From Candidatus Oxydemutatoraceae bacterium (GTDB taxonomy: Bacteria > Pseudomonadota > Gammaproteobacteria > Poriferisulfidales > Oxydemutatoraceae): a stretch of 64,000 nt of DNA. Below, one piece after another: positions 10,333 through 23,540 of this stretch. Position 1 is the first letter of the stretch, and every line of letters begins with the position of its first letter. Below the pieces are notes generated by a model. That model saw only the letters and a list, made by a program, of their open reading frames with translations, searched no databases and was not told the DNA's origin. The translations under genes were made by a program, and so were the position numbers. The stretch lies in NCBI GenBank assembly GCA_965218975.1, contig OZ244717.1:1760001-1824000 (forward strand). Direction: 5' to 3'.

Positions 10333-10566
10333 ATGACTATCGAGCAGATCATTGACGAGTTTGGAGCAATAGTATTCTTGGACCAAGAAACCGATCTTTT
10401 AATTGCTTGGGACGGAAGGGTTCATTTTGAAATCTTTGCCGGGAAATTTGACGGAAACTACGACAAGATTGACGCTTTCTATCGCGAAGTGAAAACGATT
10501 CACACTGCCAAAACAGTGGCTAAAATGTGGTTTGACGAACATGCAATCTTTAACCCAGGACCATAA
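10333..10566 (+). CDS. Small hypothetical protein immediately upstream of fabI
   Basis: 77 aa, ATG start, stop directly abuts the fabI ATG, globular-looking composition. Confidence 0.6.
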   Translation: MTIEQIIDEFGAIVFLDQETDLLIAWDGRVHFEIFAGKFDGNYDKIDAFYREVKTIHTAKTVAKMWFDEHAIFNPGP

Positions 10567-11355
10567 ATGGGCTTTCTGCAAGGGAAACAAGTGTTAATCA
10601 CCGGGGTGGCGAGCGAACGTTCGATTGCTTGGGGGATGGTACAAGCAATGTCCCGTGAAAACGCTGAAATTGCTTTAACTTACCAAAATGAAAAGCTGAG
10701 ATCACGAGTCGAAAAGCTTGCCGGACAATGCGGTTGCCGCTTAGTACTGCCTTGCGATGTTTCAAATGAGGATAACATTCGGCAGCTGTTTCAAACATTA
10801 GGCAAGGAATGGGACCGGTTGAATGGCTTGGTGCACTCCATTGCTTTCGCGCCACGCGAAGAATTAAACGGCGATTTTGCCGAAGTTACAACTCGTGCCG
10901 GTTTCAACAGCGCGCATGAAATCAGCTCGTACAGCCTAACCGCTTTAGCACGCTGCGCACGGCCTCTGATGCGTAATAATGGCGGCGCAATCGTTACTCT
11001 CAGCTACCTCGGCGCCGAAAGAGCGGTTGCCAACTATAATGTCATGGGGCTTGCCAAAGCGAGCCTTGAAGCGAACGTTCGCTACCTTGCCTGTGCTTTA
11101 GGTAAAGATAATATTCGCGTCAACAGCATTTCAGCGGGGCCAATACGCACGCTCGCCGCTGCCGGCATCAGTGATTTTCGTAAAATGCTGGAGATAGTTG
11201 AAAAAACCGCGCCGCTTAAGAAAAACATTAGCATTGAAGAGGTCGGGAATGCCGGAGCTTTCTTAATCTCCGACTTAGCTTCAGGTATTACCGGTGAAGT
11301 TATTTATGTGGACGGGGGGTTCCATATCGTCGGTTTGCCGTTTATACAGCAATAA
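10567..11355 (+). CDS. fabI: Enoyl-ACP reductase
   Basis: [44 protein letters not shown]. Confidence 0.98.
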   Translation: MGFLQGKQVLITGVASERSIAWGMVQAMSRENAEIALTYQNEKLRSRVEKLAGQCGCRLVLPCDVSNEDNIRQLFQTLGKEWDRLNGLVHSIAFAPREELNGDFAEVTTRAGFNSAHEISSYSLTALARCARPLMRNNGGAIVTLSYLGAERAVANYNVMGLAKASLEANVRYLACALGKDNIRVNSISAGPIRTLAAAGISDFRKMLEIVEKTAPLKKNISIEEVGNAGAFLISDLASGITGEVIYVDGGFHIVGLPFIQQ

Positions 11356-11379
11356 ATCATACGCCCCCCCGCACAGAAA

Positions 11380-12666
11380 TTATGCTTTCTTCAAAGCCGC
11401 ATGGACCATTTCTTTTTCACTGCGGGCAATAACACAGGCGCCTGTCAGATCGCTAAATACATTCACACTGGTTCTACACATATCTAAAATCCGATCAACT
11501 GTCAAAACAAGTCCGATCGCCTCAATCGGTAAACCGACTGCCGACAAAATTAATGTGATAGCAACCAAACTCGCGGCAGGAATACCTGCAACACCGATAG
11601 AAGTTAGCAAAGCGAGTATGACGATGCTCAGCTGGGTCGCAAAACTTAAATCGACACTATAAAGTTGAGCGATAAAAACAACAACGACACACTCATAAAG
11701 TGCGGTTCCGTCCATATTGACAGTCGCACCTAACGGCAAAACAAAACTGCTAACACGTTTTGACACCCCCGCTCTTTGCTGAATACTATTTAAGCTGACC
11801 GGTAGCGTTGCCGAAGATGAAGCGGTAGAAAATGCGGTCAGCAATGCCGGAATAACTTGCCCCATATATTGAATCGGACTGACATTGGCAATGGTTCTTA
11901 GCAACAGCGGCAAAATGATGAAAAAATGAAATGCCAATGCCACCAGCACTGTCAGAAAAAACTTCAACAAAGGTAAAACCGACTCCATCCCGGAAATAAT
12001 CACTGTCTTCGCAACTAAAGCAAAAACCCCATAAGGCATAAATCGCATAATCCATAAAGTAATCCGGATCATTACTTCCTGAACACTCTCCCAAAAATCG
12101 GCTAGGGAACGGCCGATATTACCGGAAACTTTCGTCATAAAAAAACCGAACACCGCACTAAAAAAAATCAGACCCAACAATTGACCTTCAGCGGCAGCAT
12201 GAAAAATATTTTCCGGCACCATGCGTAAAAATACTGCGGCAATGTCGCCGACCGCTTTACCTTCAACCTTACCCATAAATTCGGAAGTATCAGGCATTGT
12301 CGCTAAGATTCTTTGTGACGCTTCATCACTAACAGTGCCCGGCATTATTAAATTCACCAATGACAAACCGATAATGATTGAAATACTGCTGGTCATCAAA
12401 TAATAGCCCAATGTTTTGGCGCCTAACCTGCCAAACGCATGATCATTAGCGACGTTTGCCACACCGACAATAATAGAAGAGACAACTAAAGGCACGACAA
12501 CCATTTTCAGCGCATTCAGGAACAATGTTCCTAAAAACGTCAAAATGGCAACCAATTCAATGCCCGCGAGTTGAGTTTGTTCGGTTGAAAAACTTCCGAT
12601 TAAAACCGCAAGCATAAGCGCAATCAGAACTTGCCAATGAAGTGCAATTTTTTCAGAAAAAATCAT
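11380..12666 (-). CDS. Dicarboxylate/amino acid:cation symporter (GltP/DAACS family)
   Basis: AFSTASSSATLP and PLGATVNMDGTALY motifs. Confidence 0.95.
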   Translation of the reverse strand: MIFSEKIALHWQVLIALMLAVLIGSFSTEQTQLAGIELVAILTFLGTLFLNALKMVVVPLVVSSIIVGVANVANDHAFGRLGAKTLGYYLMTSSISIIIGLSLVNLIMPGTVSDEASQRILATMPDTSEFMGKVEGKAVGDIAAVFLRMVPENIFHAAAEGQLLGLIFFSAVFGFFMTKVSGNIGRSLADFWESVQEVMIRITLWIMRFMPYGVFALVAKTVIISGMESVLPLLKFFLTVLVALAFHFFIILPLLLRTIANVSPIQYMGQVIPALLTAFSTASSSATLPVSLNSIQQRAGVSKRVSSFVLPLGATVNMDGTALYECVVVVFIAQLYSVDLSFATQLSIVILALLTSIGVAGIPAASLVAITLILSAVGLPIEAIGLVLTVDRILDMCRTSVNVFSDLTGACVIARSEKEMVHAALKKA

Positions 12667-12671
12667 TTCAA

Positions 12672-14552
12672 TTATTCCCCTTCAAATTTATCAAGTTCCC
12701 CATTATTAATTTTGAAATCAATAGTTTGAGTTAGATCTTGTAAAACGAGATTCACTTCGTTTATGAATACGGCAAACGGCTCAATTTCTTCCTCATCACG
12801 CTCCTCGTCAAGTTTCACTTCCGACAGCTCGATTACAATGTGATAACCATCTTCGGATATCTCTGCCGCACGGTAGGAGTTTTGGTCGGGTTTAGGCGGT
12901 GGAATGCGGTAAGCGGCATTGATAACCGCTTGGTCCAATCCCGAAATATTGCGCCGAATGAATCCCGGATCTTGAATTTCCAGTGCATGCTTTTCGGCGA
13001 TATCTTCAAATGTGGTCCCTGAACGTAATTCGTTGACTATCTGTTGGGCAAATTCGGCAGATTCTTTACCGGCTTTTCGTTTTTGGAGATACCGGAATAT
13101 TTTTTCCGAAACTTTCTTATATGATTGTTGCCTAGGCGACTCATTATTGGTGATTTGAAAAACAAAAGCGCGTCGCGGTTCAATCTCAAAAACTTCACTA
13201 ATTAACTTTTGGGAAAAAATCTTCTCTTTATTGATTTCTGTGCGAAATGTTTTATAGCCTAGAAAGGGATTTTCAACATCTTCTGATAACCAACCTGTTT
13301 TATGTAATTCAAGTTCCGACAAGTCTGCTACCAAACTTAAATTTTCATTCTCAAAAGCCAGCTCTTTGAGCATTGAAACCTTATCATCGTATATGCCTTG
13401 AGATTGATCGCGCTTTAATCGCGCCAATATTGCTTCCATCAGCTCGCCTTCGTAAGCTTTTTGTTGCTGAGGCACGACAGACAATAACTTAAATATCTGT
13501 ATCCCAAAACGACTATTAATCGGTTGGCTAAAACTTCCTTCCTGCAGAGAAAAAATTGCCGCTCCTTGTGCTTCTTCCAACTCATCCCGTTCAAATGGCG
13601 GTAATTCCCCGTGCGCATCTAAACTTAGAAAATCATCGGAAAACTCTTTTACTAACTCGGCAAAATCTTCTCCGGCAAGTAACCTGTCATACGCTTCCTG
13701 AGCACGTTCTTCCGCTGCCGCTTCGCCGTGCCGACGCGGACTAAACAGTAAATGGGCAACGATACGCCGTTCCGGAATGATAAAATCCTGTAGATTACTT
13801 GCATAATAGTTACGCCCTTCCTCTTCCGTTATAACAATACCATTTTCTATATCGTCCATTTTCAACTCAAGATAGTCCATCTTGAAGCGTCTTGGCGTCT
13901 TGAATTTCTCTCTATTCTCATTGTAGAAGTTTTGCGCCTCTTCATCGGATACTTTCTGCACATTTAACCATTTATCGGGATCAATATCGACGTAACGTAT
14001 CTTCCGCGTTTGGAAAGATAAATCCTCATATAGTTTCGTCTCGGCATCTAAAGTAAAGCTGCCGGCTGAAACCGCACTCTGTAATTGCCTATCGCGCAAA
14101 ACCTTTCTCATAAAGCTTTGATATTGCTTAAATGACAAGTTGTTCGCATCTAAGAACTGAGAAAATACTGCTTTATCGAACCGCCCGTCCGTTTGAAACT
14201 GCTCAGAACGAGCAATCGCTTCGGCAATCGTCCGACCGGAAACGGAATAGCCATTCCTTTCCGTTTCTTGGGCAACCAGCCCTTCTCGCAGTAGAGTGAT
14301 GACTGTCTGTTGACGAACAAATTCAGGTTCCAGTTCGCCACCGATTCGCTCTTCCAGCAAACGTTTTTGATTGATATAAGCATTCCTGTACTCCCTTAGA
14401 GTGATTTCCTGATCAGCAATCTCAATAACGATCGGGTCGCCGGAATCTTGGAAATAAAAATTAATTCCCCATAAAGCAAAAGGAACGCTGATAATACCAA
14501 TGATCCCATAGGCTATCCAACCAGTTATTTTTTCACGAATCTGCAAAAGCAT
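12672..14552 (-). CDS. ppiD: Periplasmic chaperone/PPIase D
   Basis: N-terminal anchor MLLQIRE...PFALWG, SurA-N region, parvulin-like FAELVKEFSDD...GEL; position downstream of hupB. Confidence 0.88.
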   Translation of the reverse strand: MLLQIREKITGWIAYGIIGIISVPFALWGINFYFQDSGDPIVIEIADQEITLREYRNAYINQKRLLEERIGGELEPEFVRQQTVITLLREGLVAQETERNGYSVSGRTIAEAIARSEQFQTDGRFDKAVFSQFLDANNLSFKQYQSFMRKVLRDRQLQSAVSAGSFTLDAETKLYEDLSFQTRKIRYVDIDPDKWLNVQKVSDEEAQNFYNENREKFKTPRRFKMDYLELKMDDIENGIVITEEEGRNYYASNLQDFIIPERRIVAHLLFSPRRHGEAAAEERAQEAYDRLLAGEDFAELVKEFSDDFLSLDAHGELPPFERDELEEAQGAAIFSLQEGSFSQPINSRFGIQIFKLLSVVPQQQKAYEGELMEAILARLKRDQSQGIYDDKVSMLKELAFENENLSLVADLSELELHKTGWLSEDVENPFLGYKTFRTEINKEKIFSQKLISEVFEIEPRRAFVFQITNNESPRQQSYKKVSEKIFRYLQKRKAGKESAEFAQQIVNELRSGTTFEDIAEKHALEIQDPGFIRRNISGLDQAVINAAYRIPPPKPDQNSYRAAEISEDGYHIVIELSEVKLDEERDEEEIEPFAVFINEVNLVLQDLTQTIDFKINNGELDKFEGE

Positions 14553-14640
14553 ACGATGGTTCTACAAGAGCTATATAATCCGCCTACTCAAAATAAATAC
14601 GGGCAACACCTTAGCCCCGTATCATCTTAACTCTTAATTG

Positions 14641-14717
14641 TGGCGGAGTGGACGGGACTCGAACCCGCGACCCCCGGCGTGACAGGCCGGTATTCTAACC
14701 AACTGAACTACCACTCC
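14641..14717 (-). tRNA. tRNA-Asp(GTC)
   Basis: GGAGTGGTAGTTCAG...CCGGCCTGTCACGCCGG...CCACTCCGCCA. Confidence 0.97.
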
Positions 14718-14727
14718 GTAGGGTTCC

Positions 14728-14802
14728 TGGTGGGTGCTGAGGGATTTGAACCCCCGACTTCCGCCTTGTAAGGACGGCGCTCTACCACTGAGCTAAGCAC
14801 CC
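14728..14802 (-). tRNA. tRNA-Val(TAC)
   Basis: GGGTGCTTAGCTCAG...CCGTCCTTACAAGGCGG...GCACCCACCA. Confidence 0.97.
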
Positions 14803-14822
14803 CTGAAAGATTCCTTTAAGAT

Positions 14823-15095
14823 CTAATTCAGGGCGTCTTTCAGAGATTTTCCCGCTTTGAAGGCCGGTGCCTTACTCGCGGCAATCTGAATGGCTTCGCC
14901 GGTTCGAGGATTACGACCCATACGCGGTTTCCTTTCACGCACTAGAAAAGTGCCGAATCCAACAATTGTGACCTGTTTGCCTATTCTCAAGGCATTGGTA
15001 ACTGCTTTAGTAAACGCATCAACAGCTTTACCTGCATCTACCTTAGAGAGTCCTGTACCATCAGCAACAGATTCAATAAGTTCTGACTTATTCAT
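14823..15095 (-). CDS. hupB: DNA-binding protein HU
   Basis: MNKSELI...GFGTF...GRNPRTG...PAFKAG; follows lon. Confidence 0.95.
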   Translation of the reverse strand: MNKSELIESVADGTGLSKVDAGKAVDAFTKAVTNALRIGKQVTIVGFGTFLVRERKPRMGRNPRTGEAIQIAASKAPAFKAGKSLKDALN

Positions 15096-15275
15096 CGGAT
15101 TTTAGTCTCCTTTATGAGGTTAGTTATTTCGAGGAATTTTTATATTTGCCAGTTGCAACACTCAGACATTTATTCTACTTTGCACGGCAATAACACCTGA
15201 ATGCGACACACTAGTGATCATGCTGTGTATAGGGAACCATTATACACAAATAATCGGAAAAATCTCAAGCAAATG

Positions 15276-17696
15276 CTAATGCCTTGCCCAATCTCGCTCT
15301 TTATCCGCCAGAGTAAAGTCTTTATTTTCTTTCAAAGACTCTTCTTTTTTCTCGCTTTTTTTTGGGACCGGCGATCTTTCAAGGGCGATATCGAAAACTT
15401 CCTCAATCCAACGAACCACCCGGATGTTAAGTTTTCTTAGAATGTTTGCCGGAATTTCCTTCAAATCTTTACGATTTTCCTCAGGAATAATCACGGTATC
15501 CACCCCGCCTCTGAGAGCAGCAATCAGTTTTTCTTTCATGCCGCCGATAGGAAGCACCTCGCCTCGGAGAGTGATCTCACCCGTCATCGCGACATTGGCA
15601 CAAACCGGAATCCGTGTTAACTCCGATACTAACGCAGTGCACATCGCAATTCCGGCACTCGGGCCATCCTTAGGTGTCGCGCCCTCCGGAACATGAACAT
15701 GCACATCTTTTTTCTCATAAAATCCTTTATCTATACCTAAAGACTCCGCACGATTACGCACGACTGTCATTGCCGCACTAATTGACTCCTGCATGACATC
15801 TCCAAGCTTTCCGGTCTGGACTAATTTACCTTTACCCGGCACCACAGTCGCTTCAATAGTAAGTAATTCACCGCCAACTTCTGTCCACGCAAGACCTGTA
15901 ACCTGCCCGATTTGATTATTTTCTTCCGCCAAACCATAACGATACCTACGCACACCAAGATACTTTTCCAGATTCCGCGGCGCAATCCGTATCGGACCGG
16001 CTACCGTCTCCTTCTTCAGTAGAATACTTCGTACAACTTTCCGACAAATTTTAGCAATCTCGCGCTCTAAATTACGCACTCCCGCTTCACGAGTATAATA
16101 ACGAATCATATCAATAATCGCAGTTTCGTTGAAATGTATTTCGGTTTTCTTCAAGCCATTATTCTCGAGCTGACGATTAATCAGATAGCGCATTGCAATA
16201 ATCTTTTTTTCATCTTCCGTGTAGCCCGCAAGACGAATTACTTCCATTCGGTCTAGTAAAGGCTGAAGGATGTTCATGCCATTGGCAGTGCACACGAACA
16301 TAACATCCGATAAGTCGAAATCAACCTCCAAGTAATGATCTTGAAAGGTCGCATTCTGCTCGGGGTCTAAAACCTCCAGCAAAGCGGATGCCGGATCACC
16401 ACGAAAATCCATCGCCATCTTGTCCACTTCATCAAGTAAAAACAACGGATTCCTAACTCCAACTTTGGCAAGGTTTTGGATAAATTTTCCAGGCATTGAA
16501 CCGATATACGTCCGACGATGACCGCGAATTTCTGCTTCGTCACGGACACCGCCTAGCGACATCCGAGTAAATTTCCGCCCCGTCGCTCGCGCAATCGAAC
16601 GCCCCAACGATGTTTTCCCCACCCCTGGAGGTCCCACTAAACACAGAATGGGTCCCTTGAGTTTCTTGACTCTTTTTTGAACTGCCAAATATTCGGAAAT
16701 TCGTTGCTTTACCTTCTCTAAACCATAGTGATCCTCATCAAGGATTTCTTCAGCCCGCTGTAAACTGGTTTTCAATTTAGTAGATTTTTTCCACGGCACA
16801 TTTACTAGCCAATCGAGATAATTACGCACAACTGTTGCTTCCGCCGACATCGATGACATTAAATCCAGTTTATTTAACTCGGAAGTGGCTTTTGCTTTGA
16901 TATCTTTTGGCATGCCGGACTTTTTGATTTTTGTCTCGTATTCCTCGTGCTCGCCCGGCGCATCTTCATCCAAATTTCCTAATTCTTTCTGAATCGCCTT
17001 CATCTGCTCATTCAGATAATATTCGCGCTGACTCTTCTCCATTTGTTGCTTGACGTGACCGCGAATACGCCTTTCAATCCGCATAATATCCGACTCGCTT
17101 TCAAGTAATGCCAGAAGGTATTCCAAACGCTCGCATTGCCCATTGAGCTCCAAAATTTTCTGTTTATATTCAATCTTGACCGGAATATTAGCGGCAATCG
17201 TATCTACCAAACGCACCGGATCATCAATACTTGAAATCACACTTAAAATTTCCTGCGAGGTTTTCTGATATGCCTTTACGTACTGGGTAAACTGTGTCAC
17301 AACCGAGCGCATGAGCGCATCTAAATGCTTCTGATCTGTGGACGGAACGATGGTAAGCAATTTATATTCCGCTGACAAATAATCTTCATTATCCTGAAAA
17401 CGGACCACCTCAACACGCTTCTCTCCTTCAACTAAAACCTTGATGGTGCCATCCGGCAATTTCAGCAATTGTAGGATAGATGCAATGGATCCGGCGTGAT
17501 AAATTTCATCAAGATCGGGATCGTCAACTCCTGGATTTTTCTGCGTTAAAAGTATAATTTTCTTGTTTTTCTCCATAGCAATATCGAGAGCCGCAACCGA
17601 TTTCTCACGTCCGACAAACAGCGAAGTCACCATATTGGGATAAACTACGACATCACGCAGTGGAAGTACCGGAAAAATTAAAGAGTCTTTTGACAT
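15276..17696 (-). CDS. lon: Lon protease
   Basis: GPPGVGKTS, PKDGPSAG, N-terminal LPLRDVVVYP. Confidence 0.99.
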   Translation of the reverse strand: MSKDSLIFPVLPLRDVVVYPNMVTSLFVGREKSVAALDIAMEKNKKIILLTQKNPGVDDPDLDEIYHAGSIASILQLLKLPDGTIKVLVEGEKRVEVVRFQDNEDYLSAEYKLLTIVPSTDQKHLDALMRSVVTQFTQYVKAYQKTSQEILSVISSIDDPVRLVDTIAANIPVKIEYKQKILELNGQCERLEYLLALLESESDIMRIERRIRGHVKQQMEKSQREYYLNEQMKAIQKELGNLDEDAPGEHEEYETKIKKSGMPKDIKAKATSELNKLDLMSSMSAEATVVRNYLDWLVNVPWKKSTKLKTSLQRAEEILDEDHYGLEKVKQRISEYLAVQKRVKKLKGPILCLVGPPGVGKTSLGRSIARATGRKFTRMSLGGVRDEAEIRGHRRTYIGSMPGKFIQNLAKVGVRNPLFLLDEVDKMAMDFRGDPASALLEVLDPEQNATFQDHYLEVDFDLSDVMFVCTANGMNILQPLLDRMEVIRLAGYTEDEKKIIAMRYLINRQLENNGLKKTEIHFNETAIIDMIRYYTREAGVRNLEREIAKICRKVVRSILLKKETVAGPIRIAPRNLEKYLGVRRYRYGLAEENNQIGQVTGLAWTEVGGELLTIEATVVPGKGKLVQTGKLGDVMQESISAAMTVVRNRAESLGIDKGFYEKKDVHVHVPEGATPKDGPSAGIAMCTALVSELTRIPVCANVAMTGEITLRGEVLPIGGMKEKLIAALRGGVDTVIIPEENRKDLKEIPANILRKLNIRVVRWIEEVFDIALERSPVPKKSEKKEESLKENKDFTLADKERDWARH

Positions 17697-17731
17697 AACA
17701 TCTCCGTATAATTAAAGTAAGTCACTCAGCT

Positions 17732-17760
17732 ATAATGGGTAACCAATAGTGAAAATCAAG
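17732..17760 (-). promoter_or_regulatory. Putative sigma32 (heat-shock) promoter of lon
   Basis: CTTGAT-N15-CCCATTAT, close to the CTTGAA...CCCCATNT consensus. Confidence 0.55.
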
Positions 17761-17844
17761 TGCTCTCACACCGCCAAAAACTATTCACATGCTCGTCGTA
17801 TCAAAAATATTGTAAGAACTTTCTATTACTAGCTGCCAATTCTT

Positions 17845-19131
17845 TCATCCGTACTGTTCCGAATCCTGCGAATTTACTTCTTCCGATTCCCGCCCTTGAT
17901 GAATCATCAACGGAGAATGATCGCCCTCGACCGCGCCTTTATCAACAATAACACTTTCGACGCGCCCCATCGACGGCAATTGGTACATCGTATCAAGCAA
18001 AATATTTTCTAAAACTGCACGCAGTCCGCGCGCACCGGTTTTAGTCTTCATTGCCTCTTGTGCGATCGCTTGCAGAGCATCTTTTCTAAACTCAAGCTTT
18101 GTGCCTTCCATCCCTAATAGATGAATATATTGGCGGGTAAGCGCATTCTTCGGTTCGGTCAAAATCCTAACCAATAACGCTTCATCCAACTCTTCTAAAA
18201 CTGCCGTTACCGATAAACGACCGACAAATTCCGGAATTAAACCGTAACGGATTAAATCCTCTGCCTCAACCATCTTTAGCGTTTCCACCAACAAATGTGT
18301 ATCATCAACACTTCTGACATCAGCGGAAAAGCCAATCGCGCTATTGTCGCCACGTTCGCGAATAATATGCTCTAACCCGGTAAACGCCCCCCCGCAGATG
18401 AATAAGATATTGCTCGTATCAACTTGGAGAAACTCCTGCTGCGGGTGTTTCCTTCCTCCTTGCGGCGGCACCGATGCTAATGTACCTTCAATCAGTTTAA
18501 GTAGCGCTTGTTGCACTCCTTCACCCGACACATCCCGGGTAATTGAAAGATTATCGGTCTTACGTGATATCTTATCTATTTCATCAATATAAACGATACC
18601 ATTTTTAGCCTTTTCAACGTCATAATCACATTTCTGAAGCAGTTTTTGAATAATATTTTCAACGTCTTCGCCGACATAACCCGCTTCGGTTAACGTCGTC
18701 GCATCGGCAATTGTAAACGGCACATGCAACAAACGCGCGAGAGTTTGTGCCAATAGAGTCTTGCCCGAACCCGTCGGCCCGATCAACAAAATATTACTTT
18801 TACTAATCTCAACAGCGTTCGCATCGTCGGTGTCTTGTGATTTCAAACGCTTGTAATGATTATAAACTGCGACGGATAAAACACGTTTGGCATATTCCTG
18901 CCCGATCACGTATTTATCAAGCGCAATTTTAATTTCTTTAGGTTTTGGCAACGTGAAGTGCCCGTCTGTCGGCGGCGTATGATCTAACTCATCGCGCAAT
19001 ATTTCATTGCATAAATCAACACATTCATTGCATATAAAGATAGAAGGTCCGGCGATCAGTTTGCGGACTTCCTTTTGGCTCTTACGGCAAAAGGAGCAGT
19101 GGATAAGTTTATTCTCTTCACTGTTACCCAT
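17845..19131 (-). CDS. clpX: ATP-dependent Clp protease ATP-binding subunit
   Basis: CSFC...CNEC zinc finger, [21 protein letters not shown] loop. Confidence 0.99.
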   Translation of the reverse strand: MGNSEENKLIHCSFCRKSQKEVRKLIAGPSIFICNECVDLCNEILRDELDHTPPTDGHFTLPKPKEIKIALDKYVIGQEYAKRVLSVAVYNHYKRLKSQDTDDANAVEISKSNILLIGPTGSGKTLLAQTLARLLHVPFTIADATTLTEAGYVGEDVENIIQKLLQKCDYDVEKAKNGIVYIDEIDKISRKTDNLSITRDVSGEGVQQALLKLIEGTLASVPPQGGRKHPQQEFLQVDTSNILFICGGAFTGLEHIIRERGDNSAIGFSADVRSVDDTHLLVETLKMVEAEDLIRYGLIPEFVGRLSVTAVLEELDEALLVRILTEPKNALTRQYIHLLGMEGTKLEFRKDALQAIAQEAMKTKTGARGLRAVLENILLDTMYQLPSMGRVESVIVDKGAVEGDHSPLMIHQGRESEEVNSQDSEQYG

Positions 19132-19207
19132 AGCATATCATTTGATGTTACAGCCCATTATAAACGATTTTCTCATACGATTTTATGCACTATACATGGC
19201 ACCTGCG

Positions 19208-19846
19208 CTAATCGGTCTTCTTTGCCTTCCGCTGTGCCAAAATCTCATCAATCAGTCTATACTTTAATGCTTCTTGCGCTCCCATAAAATAATCGCGTTC
19301 GGTATCCTGCTTAATCTTCTTCAACGGTTGTTTGGTGTGAAACGAGAGCACACGACTCAGTTGATCTTTTAGTTCTAATAGCTCTTTGGCATGAATGTCC
19401 AAATCGGTTGCTTGCCCCTGGAACCCTCCTAAGGGTTGGTGCATCATGATTCTTGAATGCGGTAATGCATAACGCTTACCCTTGCAACCGCCGGCAAGCA
19501 ACAATGCCCCCATGCTCGCCGCCTGACCGATACACAAAGTACTGATATCGGGATGAGTAAATTGCATCGTGTCGTAAATAGACATTCCAGCGCTTACCGA
19601 ACCCCCAGGCGAATTAATGTACAAGGAAATATCCTTGTCGGGATTTTCAGATTCAAGAAATAAAATCTGTGCGACAATTAAATTTGCCATCTGATCCTCT
19701 ATTGGCCCGACGGCAAAAATAACTCGGTCCTTTAACAAACGCGAGTAAATATCGTAAGAACGCTCACCGCGTGAAGTTTGTTCAATAACAAATGGAACAA
19801 GATTCATTCTTGTTATCATAACGTAACTCCTTGGAGATACAATCAT
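19208..19846 (-). CDS. clpP: Clp protease proteolytic subunit
   Basis: [25 protein letters not shown]. Confidence 0.99.
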   Translation of the reverse strand: MIVSPRSYVMITRMNLVPFVIEQTSRGERSYDIYSRLLKDRVIFAVGPIEDQMANLIVAQILFLESENPDKDISLYINSPGGSVSAGMSIYDTMQFTHPDISTLCIGQAASMGALLLAGGCKGKRYALPHSRIMMHQPLGGFQGQATDLDIHAKELLELKDQLSRVLSFHTKQPLKKIKQDTERDYFMGAQEALKYRLIDEILAQRKAKKTD

Positions 19847-21168
19847 TAGGTTTCGGCTATTTCGCTAAAAGTATATTCTTTTGTCCTTAACGTAGCAGTT
19901 TGTAACACATATTGAAATACCATGTCCTGCAATGCCATCAGCCATAGTGAGTATCGTGCTTCTTGATCCCGCCGATAATAATCCTTTGCCTCGGTCGGAT
20001 TTTCGAAATCGGCGGCGATTTCTCCAAGTTTCTCCTCAAAAGCATTGTTATCAACGGATATTCTGTAGCGTTTTGCAATCCTGTCTACAACCAGAAAAGA
20101 CTTTACGTTTTGTTCCGCCTGTTTTTCAAACACACTGTCTTCAATTTTTGCCGCGCTTTCTTTATCTAAGCTCATTGTTGTTACCATCTTCTCACGTAAT
20201 GACCTTACCTCATTGTTAACCATCATCTGCGGAATGGTAAAAGTGTTTCTTTCGATTAGTGCGTTGAAAATCGCTTGCCGCACTCTTTTCTCAATATTCT
20301 TCTTGACACGTTGCTCTATACTCTTGTGCAAAATTTCCCTCAATTTTTTTGCTTCTCTCCGCTCAAGCCCAAACTTTTTAAAGAATTCCAAATTCATTTC
20401 CGCAAGTTTCGACTCCATAACTTCCTCAATCGTGACATCAAAAACTTCGGACTTCGGTCCGGTAAAAAGATGAATTCTGTTCAACAATTTTCTAAACCCA
20501 TTCTCTGTGAGGTCAGGCACCGGCATTTTTACTGTAACTCGTTCGCCTTTTTTGGAGCCAATTAAGTGTTGCCCAATATTTTCTTCAGGCTTTTTTGCAT
20601 CAACCATTAAGGTTAAAGTTTCATCTTTCTTTTTGTGAAATTTAGCGGCAATTCGTTCGGAATGCATCTTAATTTGAATGCGGTCGCCATCTTGAACGGC
20701 ACGTTCCGTTGGCAACCATTCACCATATTGACGGCGGATCTTTAACAAAAAATCCTCAACGTCTTGTTTGGAAATCTCAACGTGCGGCTGCTCAATTTCA
20801 ACCCCTTCAAGTAGCTTAGGCTCAAACTCCGGAAAGACCTCAACTCTTGCGACGAACTTAACATCCTCACCCATTGCCATTCGAATATCCTCAAAATACG
20901 GACTGGTAACCACTTCGATTTTATATTGCTTAATCACATCCGTGTATGCTTGATCAATCATACCGGTTACCACTTCTTGGTATAGCTCCTGACCGTGCAA
21001 ATCGCGTAAAAGCTTTATCGGAACTTTGCCGGGACGGAACCCGGAAATACGTATTTTCTTCCGGAGTTTTTGCAACCGCTCATTAAAAGATCTCTCTACT
21101 TCTTCCACAGCCAATGTAACTTTCAGCCTACGCTCAAGTTCCCCGGTGTTTTGAATCGATACTTCCAT
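19846..21168 (-). CDS. tig: Trigger factor
   Basis: GFRPGKVP ribosome-binding motif; start MEVSIQ at 21168 (the longer ORF overlaps tRNA-Leu). Confidence 0.93.
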   Translation of the reverse strand: MEVSIQNTGELERRLKVTLAVEEVERSFNERLQKLRKKIRISGFRPGKVPIKLLRDLHGQELYQEVVTGMIDQAYTDVIKQYKIEVVTSPYFEDIRMAMGEDVKFVARVEVFPEFEPKLLEGVEIEQPHVEISKQDVEDFLLKIRRQYGEWLPTERAVQDGDRIQIKMHSERIAAKFHKKKDETLTLMVDAKKPEENIGQHLIGSKKGERVTVKMPVPDLTENGFRKLLNRIHLFTGPKSEVFDVTIEEVMESKLAEMNLEFFKKFGLERREAKKLREILHKSIEQRVKKNIEKRVRQAIFNALIERNTFTIPQMMVNNEVRSLREKMVTTMSLDKESAAKIEDSVFEKQAEQNVKSFLVVDRIAKRYRISVDNNAFEEKLGEIAADFENPTEAKDYYRRDQEARYSLWLMALQDMVFQYVLQTATLRTKEYTFSEIAET

Positions 21169-21195
21169 TCTTTTCCCTTCAACAGGGTGAGCCAG

Positions 21196-21278
<83 letters not shown>

Positions 21279-21362
21279 ACGGGACAAAGCATTATAATTC
21301 GCTTACAAGATTGACCAAAACTCAGCTTTAATTGCCGACAACCAAACGAGCCACTATTCATG

Positions 21363-21683
21363 TCAAAGTGCGGTATTGATAATACGCATGTAATATTGTC
21401 GCCAATTATTACCCATCAGACGCAAATCCTCATTGCTATTCTTAAAATATCGGCGGTTGAGCAAATAAGAAAAATAAGGGATCTTATAAAAAATTGCGGC
21501 GCCAACCATCAAAATGGTCCCGGTCAGCGTTTTATACCGTTCGTACAAAGGAATTTCATTTAGCCAGAAAAGGAATCCTATCGTGCATACGAACGCGGAA
21601 AAAGCCAAAGTTAATAAGCGATTAAATCTATTATGATTCAATCTGATTGTACATAGCCTTTCTATGGCATCCGTCGCCATCAA
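21363..21683 (-). CDS. Hypothetical protein with two TM helices
   Basis: 106-aa ORF with two hydrophobic segments, filling the gap between 16S and tRNA-Leu. Confidence 0.6.
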   Translation of the reverse strand: MMATDAIERLCTIRLNHNRFNRLLTLAFSAFVCTIGFLFWLNEIPLYERYKTLTGTILMVGAAIFYKIPYFSYLLNRRYFKNSNEDLRLMGNNWRQYYMRIINTAL

Positions 21684-21753
21684 CCTAGCTCACAAAAATA
21701 AGTAAGATAATTTGTGTGGATGCTCACATCTTAGCTGGAATCTTTTCTCTTTA

Positions 21754-23306
<1,553 letters not shown>

Positions 23307-23506
23307 AAAATATTTGGCAACTTGCGTTGCCAAAATGGTTTTTTTGATGAAGACCGATCCGAAACTCTATACTGAATTTCAGTTGGCACTTACATCAAAG
23401 TTTAGATTCAGCTTCAACGTAAGCACCCGCACAAATTATCTATCATTAATACTTTATCAAATAACATTGCCAGCCCTACAATTTGAGTCGACAACTAAGG
23501 TTTCTA

Positions 23507-23535
23507 ATCATATAGCAGACAATATACTAAGTCAA
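23507..23535 (-). promoter_or_regulatory. sigma70 promoter of the 16S gene
   Basis: TTGACT-N17-TATGAT on the minus strand. Confidence 0.7.
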
Positions 23536-23540
23536 GGTGT

